Origin: Patescibacteria group bacterium
Lineage (GTDB): Bacteria > Patescibacteriota > Doudnabacteria > UBA920
Assembly (NCBI GenBank): GCA_013387205.1
Contig: WARV01000011.1
Span: 1 to 56,570 of the forward strand
Direction of reading: 5' to 3'
Length of the DNA stretch: 56,570 nt
In this document: one piece after another, positions 8,989 through 18,390 of the stretch
Layout: each line of letters begins with the position of its first letter
Position numbering within the stretch: the first letter of the stretch is position 1
Notes under the pieces: model-generated
Told to the model about the DNA's origin: nothing
The model's database searches: none
What the model saw: the letters and a program-made list of their open reading frames with translations, nothing else
Program-made: the position numbers and the translations under genes

Positions 8989-10968
8989 ATGCTAAGAAAC
9001 AAAAAATATTTTCTCTCTTTGTTTATAGCTGTTGTTTTAATAGCAACCAGCATTAGTACAGCTTACGCCTTGCCTTATGCTCCAGGAGAAACTTTGGATC
9101 CAACGTGTCATCCCGGCGATGCCAACTGTAATGTTATTATTCCATCCTTTACCGTTGGTGGTGATTTGTCCGGTACCAGTAAAGCCCAAACCGTTATTGG
9201 TCTGCAAGGTAATCCGGTCTCTTCTTCTACCCCTGCCTCCAACCAGGTCTTAGCCTGGAATGGTTCAGCCTGGGCTCCGGCTAACCCAGCTAGCGGCAGC
9301 CAGTGGAGTAACGTTTCAGGAGGAATTTCTTATAACTCTGGTAACGTGACGATCGACACTACGGTACTTCCGCATGGCGTTCCGGTGTCGGTTAAAGCCT
9401 CTCGGTTTGGCGCGGCGGGAGACGCACGGCAGGTCACAGACGGCGCGATTAACGTCGGCACGAACAATAAGCTACTCACCTCCGCAACGGCGGCGTTCGC
9501 GGCATCGGACATAGGCAAGACTATCGTGATTACCGGAGCGGGTGCGGCTGGTGCGAATCTGTCCACTACCATAACCTCTGTCATCAGTTCAACCAGTGTG
9601 ATGTTGACCGTCGCCGCGTCTATGACCGTGAGCGGCGCAACCGTGGTACTCGGCACTGATGACACCGCAGCCATTAATTCAGCCATCTCGTACTTGCAAA
9701 CCGTAAATCGCGGGTCGTTGTATTTCCCTTCCGGCCAATACCTCATCACAGGAGAGGGCTTAAATTTGGACCGTATACAATCGCAGGGTGTTCAGTTATC
9801 GGGAGACGGCCCTGGTCGTTCTGTTATATACGTCACCGGCAGCATCGGCCTTAATTTCCTGGGGACAAATGAGATGGCTGTGCGTGATCTTGGGATCGGG
9901 GGAGTCAATGCCGGGGTAGGTGTTCTGCTTGGCCGTTATACTGACGATCACACTAACGGGCAGGGCCGCTTTGAGAATGTGCATGTCAACGGTACGTTCA
10001 GGACAGCCGCTGTCTATAACATCTCCGCTGAAAGCGTGATCTGGTCGAATGTGTGGATTCAGAACTGGGCACCGGCCAGAGGCTTTTACACTAGCTCGAC
10101 GAACGACCTCAACGTTACACTTTCGCGGGGCACGATCGACACGGTTACTGATGTGCAGAACACGTTTATCGGGTCACACATCCAGACTTGTGCGATGGAT
10201 GCTGCCAGCACGGCAGTGGAGGTTCACGGGAACGTCTCCGTATTTGGCATGTTTAATAGCTATATCGGGACGAACGGAAAAGGCTTCTACCGGAGTGCAT
10301 CCGATACGAACGAGTATTCCGGAACTGTCAATATCATCGGCGGAGGAATTGAGAATTGTGTGGCGAACGGCGTTTCGACGGTGTATTGGCCAGTCTATTT
10401 CGATGGGGATAAATTCGATCACGTCACGATCCAAGGGTTGTCCATTTACCAGACCAGTATCAGCTCGCCGCATCCCGGAATCTATCAGGCAGATGGAGGA
10501 GAGATTGACGGCTCATCGTTCCTCAATATTTATACCGAAGGTACCGGAGGGGGTCCGAGTTTCTACAATCTCAGACATTCGACGGTACAGACTCTTTATC
10601 CGCTTGCCATTCGCCATGACGCCTACAACAACAACTTGAGCGCGTATTCGATCACGATTTCCGGAACGGACATTGGGTTCAACATCAAGAAGGCGTTTTC
10701 GCCGGGTTCGATGGCGATATCTGGCGCGGTGAACATCGACACCGTATCTGCGACAACGTTCATCGGCAAGCGCAGCGCGGGGACCCCCAATTACCCAGAC
10801 ATCTACGGAGGTGCAGTGGGAATTTGTCTAGCCAACGCCGCAACCCATGAGACTCAAATCTGCCTACAGCAAGGGAAGCTTATTATGACGGGTATTCCGA
10901 CCTCTTCTGCTGGCTTGACCAGCGGAATGGTGTGGAACAATGGCGGCGTATTGACCGTGGTTCCATAG
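8989..10968 (+). CDS. Secreted protein: conserved N-terminal module plus beta-helix (pectate lyase 3/tailspike-like) domain
   Basis: Signal peptide; shared PYAPGETLDPxCHPGDxNC module; FGAAGD...DDTAAINSAI...LYFPSGQYLI beta-helix cap motif. Confidence 0.8.
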   Translation: MLRNKKYFLSLFIAVVLIATSISTAYALPYAPGETLDPTCHPGDANCNVIIPSFTVGGDLSGTSKAQTVIGLQGNPVSSSTPASNQVLAWNGSAWAPANPASGSQWSNVSGGISYNSGNVTIDTTVLPHGVPVSVKASRFGAAGDARQVTDGAINVGTNNKLLTSATAAFAASDIGKTIVITGAGAAGANLSTTITSVISSTSVMLTVAASMTVSGATVVLGTDDTAAINSAISYLQTVNRGSLYFPSGQYLITGEGLNLDRIQSQGVQLSGDGPGRSVIYVTGSIGLNFLGTNEMAVRDLGIGGVNAGVGVLLGRYTDDHTNGQGRFENVHVNGTFRTAAVYNISAESVIWSNVWIQNWAPARGFYTSSTNDLNVTLSRGTIDTVTDVQNTFIGSHIQTCAMDAASTAVEVHGNVSVFGMFNSYIGTNGKGFYRSASDTNEYSGTVNIIGGGIENCVANGVSTVYWPVYFDGDKFDHVTIQGLSIYQTSISSPHPGIYQADGGEIDGSSFLNIYTEGTGGGPSFYNLRHSTVQTLYPLAIRHDAYNNNLSAYSITISGTDIGFNIKKAFSPGSMAISGAVNIDTVSATTFIGKRSAGTPNYPDIYGGAVGICLANAATHETQICLQQGKLIMTGIPTSSAGLTSGMVWNNGGVLTVVP

Positions 10969-11289
10969 GTACCGTAGTTATGTTATTACAACACCAACCC
11001 CAAACATAATTCCCAAACCAAAACTATGTTAGTTCGAGGGTTTCCCTCGTTGTAGCAAGAATGTGAGAATGTTAACGTAAAAATTAACGGCTAAAACGCC
11101 CAATTTCTGGGATTTAGCCGTTTATTTTTTGATTATTCCAATCGTTTCTGGTTGTTTTTGAATTTAGCACCTTGGTTGTCTAATTAAAAACTAGCTTGCT
11201 GTTTCTATTCTATGCAGGTGTGATATAATTTAATTACAATTTATGTACCAGTGTTCATGAAATAAAATTAGTTTAATGAATACAATATA

Positions 11290-12996
11290 ATGAGAAACAA
11301 AAAATACCTTCTCTCCTTACTTGCAGCTACCGTTTTGATGGTAATTAGCTTTGGCACAGCTCATGCCTTGCCCTATGCTCCAGGAGAAACTTTAGATCCT
11401 ACCTGTCATCCTGGAGATAGTAACTGCAATGTTATTATTCCATCCTTTACTCCTGGCGGGGATTTGTCTGGCACCAGCACATCTCAAACTGTCATTGGCT
11501 TGCAGGGAAACCCTATCTCTACCACTACTCCCACTTCAAATCAAATCCTTCAATGGAATGGTTCGGCTTGGGCCCCAGCAACTTCCACCAGTAGCCAGTG
11601 GACTACTAGTGGCAATGATATCTCTTACAATTTGGGGAACGTTAATGTCTGCAATACGATATCTAGCACGCCAGGCTACTTATGGTCTAATGCTAACCAG
11701 TGTGTAGAGGGGACAGTTGATAACGGCATTACTCGCGTATTCAAGACGCGCCCTGCCGCTGAGTCTAAACGCATTGTGATTATAGGGTCGTCCACTGCTG
11801 CCGGTACCGGAGCAAGCGATTATGCACATTCTTGGGCAGGGTTATTCACTGCGGCAATGACCGCGAAGGGTTATACAGTTTTTAATGTTTCAATTCCAGG
11901 CGACTGGTCTGGACAGCAGCATGACCGATTTTATAAAGACGTGGCCCCGCTCCTGCCGGATTTTGTGATTGACGCTCAATCCTTGCTTAACGATAATTTT
12001 TTTATTTCTAATGCCAGCGGAGGATACGACACGCACACAGCAGCTGTTCGCGCGTTTATCAAGATGGTCGAGGGTATTGGGGCTATTCCGGTGGTGATTG
12101 GCCAGTATCCAAATAATAATTTTACCGCAGAACATGTTTCTTATATAAAATCGCTCTATCAGGAATGGGAAAAGCTTGGGGTGCAAACCTGGGACTTTTG
12201 GGGTAATACCGCTGATGCGAACGGACACTATATTAATGGATTGACCGTTGATGGTGCTCATCCAACCAATGCAGGCCATCAAGCAATGTTTGATGCTATT
12301 CCACTTACGTATTTCGATGCTGCGTATACCAAGCACTCTAGTGAAACCCCTCTTGGGGCGGGCGTGTGGGTGGTGAACGGATCTGCCTTGCGGCCCATTG
12401 AAGTTGATTTGCCGTCTCCGGCTAGCTCGTGGAGTTACGCGTACTGGGCTCGAAACACTCTGGGAGGCACTAACCTTGCATGGAGCGGTATTACGCAAAA
12501 TCTTGTAAGAGTCAAGAATTCAGGGACCTCACCGAACAATTATTGGGCACTCTCTGATAATGTTGGAGATGCTGTACTTTCAACAGTTAATGGCGCAGAT
12601 AATACGTGGCATCATATTGCCGTAACATATAAAGCTCCAACCAACACGTTAACATTTTATGTGGACGGGGTTTCTATCGGAACTACTACAAGAGATACTT
12701 TAAGTAATCAAAGCCGCTTCGCCTTCGGTGGCAGAGATGATACGGCATTGAATGCTAATGGCGGACAATTAGCGCACATCGCGGTTTACCGAAGCTGTTT
12801 AGAGCCTGACGATATCGTGTCTCTCGCCAGTGGAAATATTGTTCGTAAGAGTTTGGAGGCATATCTGCCGCTTTCAACTGCTCCTGCCCCGGCTGCCTAT
12901 GTATTAAATATGGCTGATACTACCACCCGAGCCAAAGTCAATGGCAGCGTTACATCTGTCATTGTAAAAGCGGGAAGTACAATCTTGGCGCCGTAA
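11290..12996 (+). CDS. Secreted protein: conserved N-terminal module plus SGNH hydrolase plus LamG/concanavalin-like domain
   Basis: IVIIGSSTAAG, SLLND and DGAHPTNAGH (SGNH blocks); WHHIAVTY..LTFYVDGV (LamG). Confidence 0.85.
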   Translation: MRNKKYLLSLLAATVLMVISFGTAHALPYAPGETLDPTCHPGDSNCNVIIPSFTPGGDLSGTSTSQTVIGLQGNPISTTTPTSNQILQWNGSAWAPATSTSSQWTTSGNDISYNLGNVNVCNTISSTPGYLWSNANQCVEGTVDNGITRVFKTRPAAESKRIVIIGSSTAAGTGASDYAHSWAGLFTAAMTAKGYTVFNVSIPGDWSGQQHDRFYKDVAPLLPDFVIDAQSLLNDNFFISNASGGYDTHTAAVRAFIKMVEGIGAIPVVIGQYPNNNFTAEHVSYIKSLYQEWEKLGVQTWDFWGNTADANGHYINGLTVDGAHPTNAGHQAMFDAIPLTYFDAAYTKHSSETPLGAGVWVVNGSALRPIEVDLPSPASSWSYAYWARNTLGGTNLAWSGITQNLVRVKNSGTSPNNYWALSDNVGDAVLSTVNGADNTWHHIAVTYKAPTNTLTFYVDGVSIGTTTRDTLSNQSRFAFGGRDDTALNANGGQLAHIAVYRSCLEPDDIVSLASGNIVRKSLEAYLPLSTAPAPAAYVLNMADTTTRAKVNGSVTSVIVKAGSTILAP

Positions 12997-13071
12997 TCGT
13001 ATGGTATACTGTGTTATTTACCTAATGATCGAAATAACATGAAAGCAAAATAATTTAAACAATATCATATA

Positions 13072-14673
13072 ATGAAAAACAAAAAACACTTTTTCTCCTT
13101 GTTTGTAGCTGTTGTTTTGATGGCAACCAGCGTTAGTACAGCTTACGCCGTGCCTTATGCTCCGGGAGAAACTTTGGATCCTGCCTGTCATCCCGGTGAT
13201 GCTAACTGTAATGTTATTATCCCTTCTTTTACTGCTGGCGGAGATCTTGCAGGGACTAGCACTAATCAAACCGTCATTGGCTTGCAGGGGAACCCTGTCT
13301 CTTCCACTACCCCTGCCTCCAACCAGGTCCTGTCCTGGAACGGCTCGGCCTGGGCTCCGGCTAACCCGGCTAGTGGTAGTCAGTGGGCGACTTCTGGAAA
13401 TGATATTTCCTATAACTCGGGGAATGTAACGGTGGGGACTACGTTACAAGTCGATGGCCAGCTAACCAAGTCGGTGTGGCGGAAGTACGGTCAGGTGTTT
13501 GCATCTGCCGCTGAGCCGAGTGTGCTGTACGAGCAAAATGCACGTCTACTCGCTGTACCGGTCGCAACCAGTGTATTTAAGGCGTGGTACGACTGCACCC
13601 TCGGAACCTGCTACGCCGAAAGTCTGACTGCGCTGCCGGGAAGTTGGACAGTACAATCAACCCCGGCCCTTACTGGGTATCAACGCACGGTGGTGCGTCA
13701 TTACGGTTCACTGTATTACTTTTTCGGGTGTCGCATAGGAGATATGGGACACATCGACGTTTTCACGTCTGCTGATGGCACACGTTTCACACTGGCGCAA
13801 GCAAACATTATCACCACAGGTACTGCCGGCGCGTGGGACAGTCTTCAAATTTCGACTGGCACCGTTGATTACGATGGGACTACGTGGCGGACGCTGTATC
13901 AGGGAAAACCTGCGGGCGGTGTGTGGCAAATGGGGCTTGCCACTGCTACTTCGGCGACGGGACCATGGACGAAGTACGCTAGCAATCCCGTGTTCAAGAC
14001 TTCTGACGGTCCAGGTGGAATGGTCGGCGGTGGAACATCTCATTACAAGGATTTATCCGGCAATATCTGGATTTGGCCGCACTCATCTACGATAGGCGAT
14101 CTGCCCACCGACATTTACCGTTACACCTCAACCGACTGGATCCATTGGACCCGCAACCCGTTGCGGCCTGTGCTACAGCGCAGCGCAATTATTGAGGGCG
14201 CTGGATTATCGCAGGGCCAAGTAGCTGACTCGTCGTTGGTGGAAGCTAACGGCAAAACGTACATGTTCCACTCGACCATTCAAAACCAATCATCAGGTCC
14301 GTTTGGCGTCTCATTGGAGATAGCGCCCATGCCATTGGCACAGCTTGTGACCACTGACGAGGGTAGTCATGCTTACGTGGCTCCTGAGCAGGGTGTATCC
14401 AATTTGGGGATCGTTCCGCAATACGTCATTACGTCTGATGGATCGTTGCAGGATAAGAGTTTCCTAGTGCTTCGTCAGGGTACTTTCAATGTCGATGGGA
14501 ATAGTTTGGTGGTTTTCGGCGGTGCGGCGGTGTCCACTTCTGGGTACACTTGCACAGGCAGTTCCAATGGACCGACCAACGGCTCAATCCGGGTGAGGTA
14601 CGACGGACTAGATCGGTTGACGGTGTTCGGACCGCCCAACGAGGCATACTCGCTCTTGTGTTTCGCACGGTAA
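13072..14673 (+). CDS. Secreted protein: conserved N-terminal module plus five-bladed beta-propeller glycoside hydrolase-like domain
   Basis: AEPSV, FTSADG, GAWD, MGLATA..GPWTKYASNPV and TSTDWIHWTR..PVL repeats typical of GH32/43/130-like propellers. Confidence 0.75.
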   Translation: MKNKKHFFSLFVAVVLMATSVSTAYAVPYAPGETLDPACHPGDANCNVIIPSFTAGGDLAGTSTNQTVIGLQGNPVSSTTPASNQVLSWNGSAWAPANPASGSQWATSGNDISYNSGNVTVGTTLQVDGQLTKSVWRKYGQVFASAAEPSVLYEQNARLLAVPVATSVFKAWYDCTLGTCYAESLTALPGSWTVQSTPALTGYQRTVVRHYGSLYYFFGCRIGDMGHIDVFTSADGTRFTLAQANIITTGTAGAWDSLQISTGTVDYDGTTWRTLYQGKPAGGVWQMGLATATSATGPWTKYASNPVFKTSDGPGGMVGGGTSHYKDLSGNIWIWPHSSTIGDLPTDIYRYTSTDWIHWTRNPLRPVLQRSAIIEGAGLSQGQVADSSLVEANGKTYMFHSTIQNQSSGPFGVSLEIAPMPLAQLVTTDEGSHAYVAPEQGVSNLGIVPQYVITSDGSLQDKSFLVLRQGTFNVDGNSLVVFGGAAVSTSGYTCTGSSNGPTNGSIRVRYDGLDRLTVFGPPNEAYSLLCFAR

Positions 14674-14726
14674 CGTAGTCATGTTATTCCAACACTAACC
14701 CAAAATATAATTCTCAAACTAAAACT

Positions 14727-15917
14727 ATGATAAAATCACTTCGTTTAAAAATATTCATCAGCCTGGCGATTATTGCCCTAACCCCGCTTTCTGCTTTTGC
14801 CTCCACTGGCACTATTGACTCTACTAACAAGTACGCCTGGGGAGAGAAGTTGGGCTGGGTGAATTTTAACCCGACTAATGGTAGTGTCCAGGTTACGGAT
14901 AGCGGGATAACAGGTAACATTTGGAGCGCTAATTACGGCTGGATTAACTTAAGTCCAGCTAATGGCGGGGTGAAGAATGACGGGCATGGTAATCTCTCTG
15001 ACATGGCCTGGGGCAGTAATATTGGCTGGGTTGATTTTAGCGGAGTCAAAATTAACAGCAATGGCGTATTTAGTGGTACGTCTACGACTGATTCTTTAGG
15101 TAGCTTGACCTTTGATTGCGCTAACTGTAAGGTGTCTACTTCCTGGCGGCCCACTGTAGCTAGTTCTGGTGGGGGAGTAGTATACCCATCCATTTACCAG
15201 GTTACAGTTGCTACTACTACGGCCACTTCTGCTTTAATTACCTGGAGGACAGACTACAACACCACAGCTACAGTGGTTTATGGTACTTCCACTGCCTACG
15301 GTTTGTCTAAAGTTGACCAGACCGCTGCTACTACTCATTCTCTACTTATAGACAACCTTACCCCTGCCGCTTCCTACCAGTTCCGGGTCAAAGCTGTTTT
15401 AAACGGTATCACCACCACTTCCAGCAACTATGCCTTTACCACGTTGGCTAATCCTGTTGTTAGCATCACACCAACGGTTACTCCTGTTTCTACCCCGACT
15501 ACAACAGAAAATCAGCAGGCTAACAACAATTTGTCTTATCCCTCCGGTACTTTAGTTTCAGATAGAGGTGCGATTTATTTGATTATTGGCCAAACCAAAC
15601 TGGGCTTTGCCTCTATGAAAGCCTTTACAGGTTTGGGTTATTCGTTAAAGAACGTGGTTAAAGGCAATGCTTCTGCTTACAGTTTGTCCAAAACCATACT
15701 AAAATCTGCCACCCAGGCACATCCGGACGGCTCCTGGATTATTTCCGGCAAGGTGGTATTTTACGTTTCTGCTTCCGGATATATTCCCGTGCCTTCCTGG
15801 GACATATTTCTCTCTAACGGCGGCAAGGCCCAATACATTGTCAAAGCCAACCGCGCTGACCTTAAAGACAAACGGCCGATTGCTTCTCCAATGACTGCTA
15901 ATGATAACAGGCTGTAA
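14727..15917 (+). CDS. Secreted surface protein with AW..xGWI repeats, fibronectin-III domain and conserved C-terminal domain
   Basis: YAWGEKLGWV, IWSANYGWI and AWGSNIGWV repeats; ALITWRTD...VVYG...LTPAASYQFRV FN3 pattern. C-terminus is homologous to that of 27298-29376. Confidence 0.8.
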   Translation: MIKSLRLKIFISLAIIALTPLSAFASTGTIDSTNKYAWGEKLGWVNFNPTNGSVQVTDSGITGNIWSANYGWINLSPANGGVKNDGHGNLSDMAWGSNIGWVDFSGVKINSNGVFSGTSTTDSLGSLTFDCANCKVSTSWRPTVASSGGGVVYPSIYQVTVATTTATSALITWRTDYNTTATVVYGTSTAYGLSKVDQTAATTHSLLIDNLTPAASYQFRVKAVLNGITTTSSNYAFTTLANPVVSITPTVTPVSTPTTTENQQANNNLSYPSGTLVSDRGAIYLIIGQTKLGFASMKAFTGLGYSLKNVVKGNASAYSLSKTILKSATQAHPDGSWIISGKVVFYVSASGYIPVPSWDIFLSNGGKAQYIVKANRADLKDKRPIASPMTANDNRL

Positions 15918-15931
15918 TAGTAAATAATAAA

Positions 15932-16178
15932 GAAGTGGTCTCAAAACTTCATTTTGACTGCAATTTTATTATTTCGGGGTTAAGCTGGCAACTGGCAGAG
16001 CCAGATTGCCATTAAAGCTCCATTCGGCCATAAAAATTTCTCCGCTTAGCCTCCGTTCAGTCTCCTCATGGGGCTGAGCCCCATGAGGCATGATTACGGC
16101 TAAACATCGAAATTTATTAAGTCCGACTGTCTCGAAATTCTAAACTTTCGACTTAAAAGCAAGTTTTGAGACCACTTC
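15932..16178. mobile_element. MITE-like element with 18-bp terminal inverted repeats
   Basis: GAAGTGGTCTCAAAACTT ... AAGTTTTGAGACCACTTC; a shorter relative lies at 22446-22518. Confidence 0.65.
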
Positions 16179-16330
16179 AAAGTAAAAACCGCCCCTCGAC
16201 AAGTGAGGGGCGGTTTTTGGTATAGCTATCCACAGCCAAGCGCTTGCATAAAAGTATTTGTAGTTCTATAATTATTTTAAAGGGTGAACGATTGTATACT
16301 ATTTTGTATTTGAACTAATGACTATAAATT

Positions 16331-16846
16331 ATGTATACGGCACTTCAAAATTTATGTCCTTGCGCCGTTATGGAGCGTTCGGTTCCGTATCGTTGTTATT
16401 CCGCGCTCCGCATTATTTGCGATGCCTGTTGTCGCGTACCTGAAGAAAGGCAACACATTTTGCCGCATAAGGCGCGGGGCAAGGCGGCCTGCGGATACAT
16501 AATGCTGGATAATAGCGACTCTCTGGTAGAGCAAAAGGCAAAGTATTTGGGGGAGTGCACGGTTGACCAGGCTGAATACCAAGCGATAATTTTTGCGCTC
16601 GACCGCGCTGCGGCTTTTTGCCGGGAGAAAATCGTAATTTGGCTAGATAGCGAAGTGATTGCCGGGCAGCTAAGCGGATGGTATTGCCTGCGCTCCGAAC
16701 TAATAAAGCCCTTATTCGATGAAGTCAAGAAGCTTGAACTGCGCTACAAGTCCGTAACTTACTTCCACCATAGCCGCGGCAGCTTCTGGGCCAGGGCCGC
16801 GGACAAGCTTGCCAACGAAGAATACAGCCGTCTGCAAAAAGGATAA
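16331..16846 (+). CDS. Ribonuclease HI-family protein
   Basis: Acidic tetrad IICD / AEY / LDSE / ADKLAN. The start codon is uncertain. Confidence 0.8.
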   Translation: MYTALQNLCPCAVMERSVPYRCYSALRIICDACCRVPEERQHILPHKARGKAACGYIMLDNSDSLVEQKAKYLGECTVDQAEYQAIIFALDRAAAFCREKIVIWLDSEVIAGQLSGWYCLRSELIKPLFDEVKKLELRYKSVTYFHHSRGSFWARAADKLANEEYSRLQKG

Positions 16847-16848
16847 GT

Positions 16849-16883
16849 ACGAGGGTTCCCCTCGGGCCGAGGGGAACCCTCGT
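16849..16883. repeat. REP doublet upstream of the Y1 transposase
   Basis: Palindrome ACGAGGGTTCCCCTCGG-G-CCGAGGGGAACCCTCGT; related copies at 17542-17560, 18391-18440 and 11036-11050. Confidence 0.8.
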
Positions 16884-16905
16884 TAGTCCGTAACATGATA
16901 CAAAA

Positions 16906-17526
16906 ATGAAAAATCGCGATTATAAAATATTCCGCAAGGGTGAATATTACCACATATTCAACCGAGGTAATAACAAAGACCCAATATTCTTAGACGACCA
17001 GGATTATTTGAATTATTTAAAAAGGATTAAGCTGGTTTTAAATATCGGCTCTTTAAGCGGCAAGCCTGCGGCCTCGGTCACCCGAATACGTCCGTTACCG
17101 AACGATGCTTTTTCTATTGTTTCTTACATACTGGTTCCAAACCATTTCCATTTCATTATAAAGCAGAATACAGATTTAGGAATTGATAAATTTATGCTTA
17201 AGCTTACTACCAGCTATGCCTCGTACTTTAATAAAAAGTACAATCATATTGGAAACGTATTTCAAGATGCATTTAAAGCCAAGTTAATAAATAACGACTC
17301 CTATTTATTGTCTCTTACCGCGTATGTTCATAATAATGTTAGTAATCCTATGGAATATCCGTATTCTAGCTTTTTAGATATAATTGACAAGCGGAATGGA
17401 GAAGTTTGTAAAAAAGACATTATTTTAAAGTGGTTTGATGGAGACCCGGAAAAATATAAAAATTTTGTTTTGAATTTTGCTGACAAAGATTCGCAAAACA
17501 TCCAGCACTTGATATTGGAAGATTGA
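16906..17526 (+). mobile_element. REP-associated tyrosine (Y1/HUH) transposase, TnpA-REP/RAYT-like
   Basis: YYHIFNRGNNK, PNHFHF (HUH), FQDAFKAKLI and YVHNN motifs; flanked by REP palindromes. Confidence 0.88.
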
Positions 17527-17611
17527 CCAACGGGGCTGGTTAACGAGGGGAACCCTCGTTCCTCGCTACAACGAAAAACTAAAACATGATATAATTCCAA
17601 TACAATTGAAT

Positions 17612-17772
17612 TGCCTAAACCTTGGCTTTTAACGAAACCAAGGCATGGCTCAAAAACCATACCTACACAGAGACGGTCATCCGTCTTGCTTCCTGTAGGT
17701 ATGGTCATCGCTCGAAAGGGTGATGGGGTGGGTGCGTAAGTGCCCATCCGGCAAGCGCGGGTGGCCCTTTTT
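17612..17772 (+). ncRNA. Candidate structured leader RNA, copy 2
   Basis: Same architecture as copy 1. P2 is ACCATACCTACA/TGTAGGTATGGT, with GAAA and GTAA tetraloop hairpins and a GGGTGGCCCTTTTT end. Preceded by TGATATAAT. Confidence 0.75.
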
Positions 17773-17798
17773 GTATGCAAAAATAACTACACAAAATT

Positions 17799-17972
17799 AT
17801 GCCTAAATTTAAAATTGACTTCTGGTTTGATCAGGAGCCTAGAAAGCTGCGCTTAGGAGTAGTTGTTGTTCAGGCTAAAACCGAAGAAGAAGCCTACAGG
17901 CTGGCATGGCAGAGAACAGAGCTGTGGCCGATCGGCGAAGTCAAAAAAGGGAGGTCGAAGCTAAGGCGATGA
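17799..17972 (+). CDS. 57-aa small protein, paralog of 18155-18388 (not in ORF track)
   Basis: MPKFKIDFWFDQEPRKLRLGVVVVQAKTEEEAYRLAWQRTELWPIGEVKKGRSKLRR*, which aligns without gaps to the neighbouring ORF. Confidence 0.8.
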   Translation: MPKFKIDFWFDQEPRKLRLGVVVVQAKTEEEAYRLAWQRTELWPIGEVKKGRSKLRR

Positions 17973-17987
17973 TCATAAAATCAAAAT

Positions 17988-18128
17988 TGCCTAAACCCGT
18001 GGGCTAAGCTCCGGGCATGGCGCTAAAACCAACATAGATAAAGAACCCTCATCGGGGTTCTATGTTGGTCGTATGGGGAAACCCATGCGTTCGGCCCGAA
18101 AGGGTCGAGCTCCCGATGGGGGCTTTTT
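17988..18128 (+). ncRNA. Candidate structured leader RNA, copy 3 (divergent)
   Basis: GCCTAAACCCG..CGGGCATGGC; P2 ACCAACATAGA/TCTATGTTGGT; two GAAA hairpins; GCTCCCGATGGGGGCTTTTT end. Confidence 0.72.
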
Positions 18129-18154
18129 GTATCTAAATAATTAATAAGGATACT

Positions 18155-18388
18155 ATGCCGAAGTACAAAATCGATATCTGGTTCGACCAAAAACCAAAAA
18201 AGCTGCGCTTGGGATCGGTGGTCGTGGAAGCAGAAACCGAAGAAGAAGCGTATAAGACTGCGTGGCATAAAACTGAGCATTGGATGCTGGGAAAGGTTAA
18301 AGAACCTGCCCAAATCCGGAGCGATCAAGTCAAACGTGATATGGCCGCGCGGGCGGCAAAGGACGGAAAATTTAGACTGCCCAGATAA
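18155..18388 (+). CDS. Small hypothetical protein with VxVEAExEEEA motif (DpnD/PcfM-like pattern)
   Basis: AAGGA RBS; paralog of 17799-17972. Confidence 0.75.
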   Translation: MPKYKIDIWFDQKPKKLRLGSVVVEAETEEEAYKTAWHKTEHWMLGKVKEPAQIRSDQVKRDMAARAAKDGKFRLPR

Positions 18389-18390
18389 GT

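Noticed and set aside
8989-14673. Diversity-generating retroelement or shufflon behind the variable C-termini
   Set aside because: There is no reverse transcriptase, no TR/VR pair differing at adenines and no invertase. The heads are unrelated whole domains, all in the same orientation.
17328-17780. 150-aa minus-strand ORF, and 18023-18328
   Set aside because: They run antisense across the transposase end, a REP and the structured RNAs, so the plus-strand features explain the region better.
8989-18388. Prophage
   Set aside because: Tailspike-like domains are fused to signal-peptide stalks, and no capsid, terminase, portal or integrase genes are seen.
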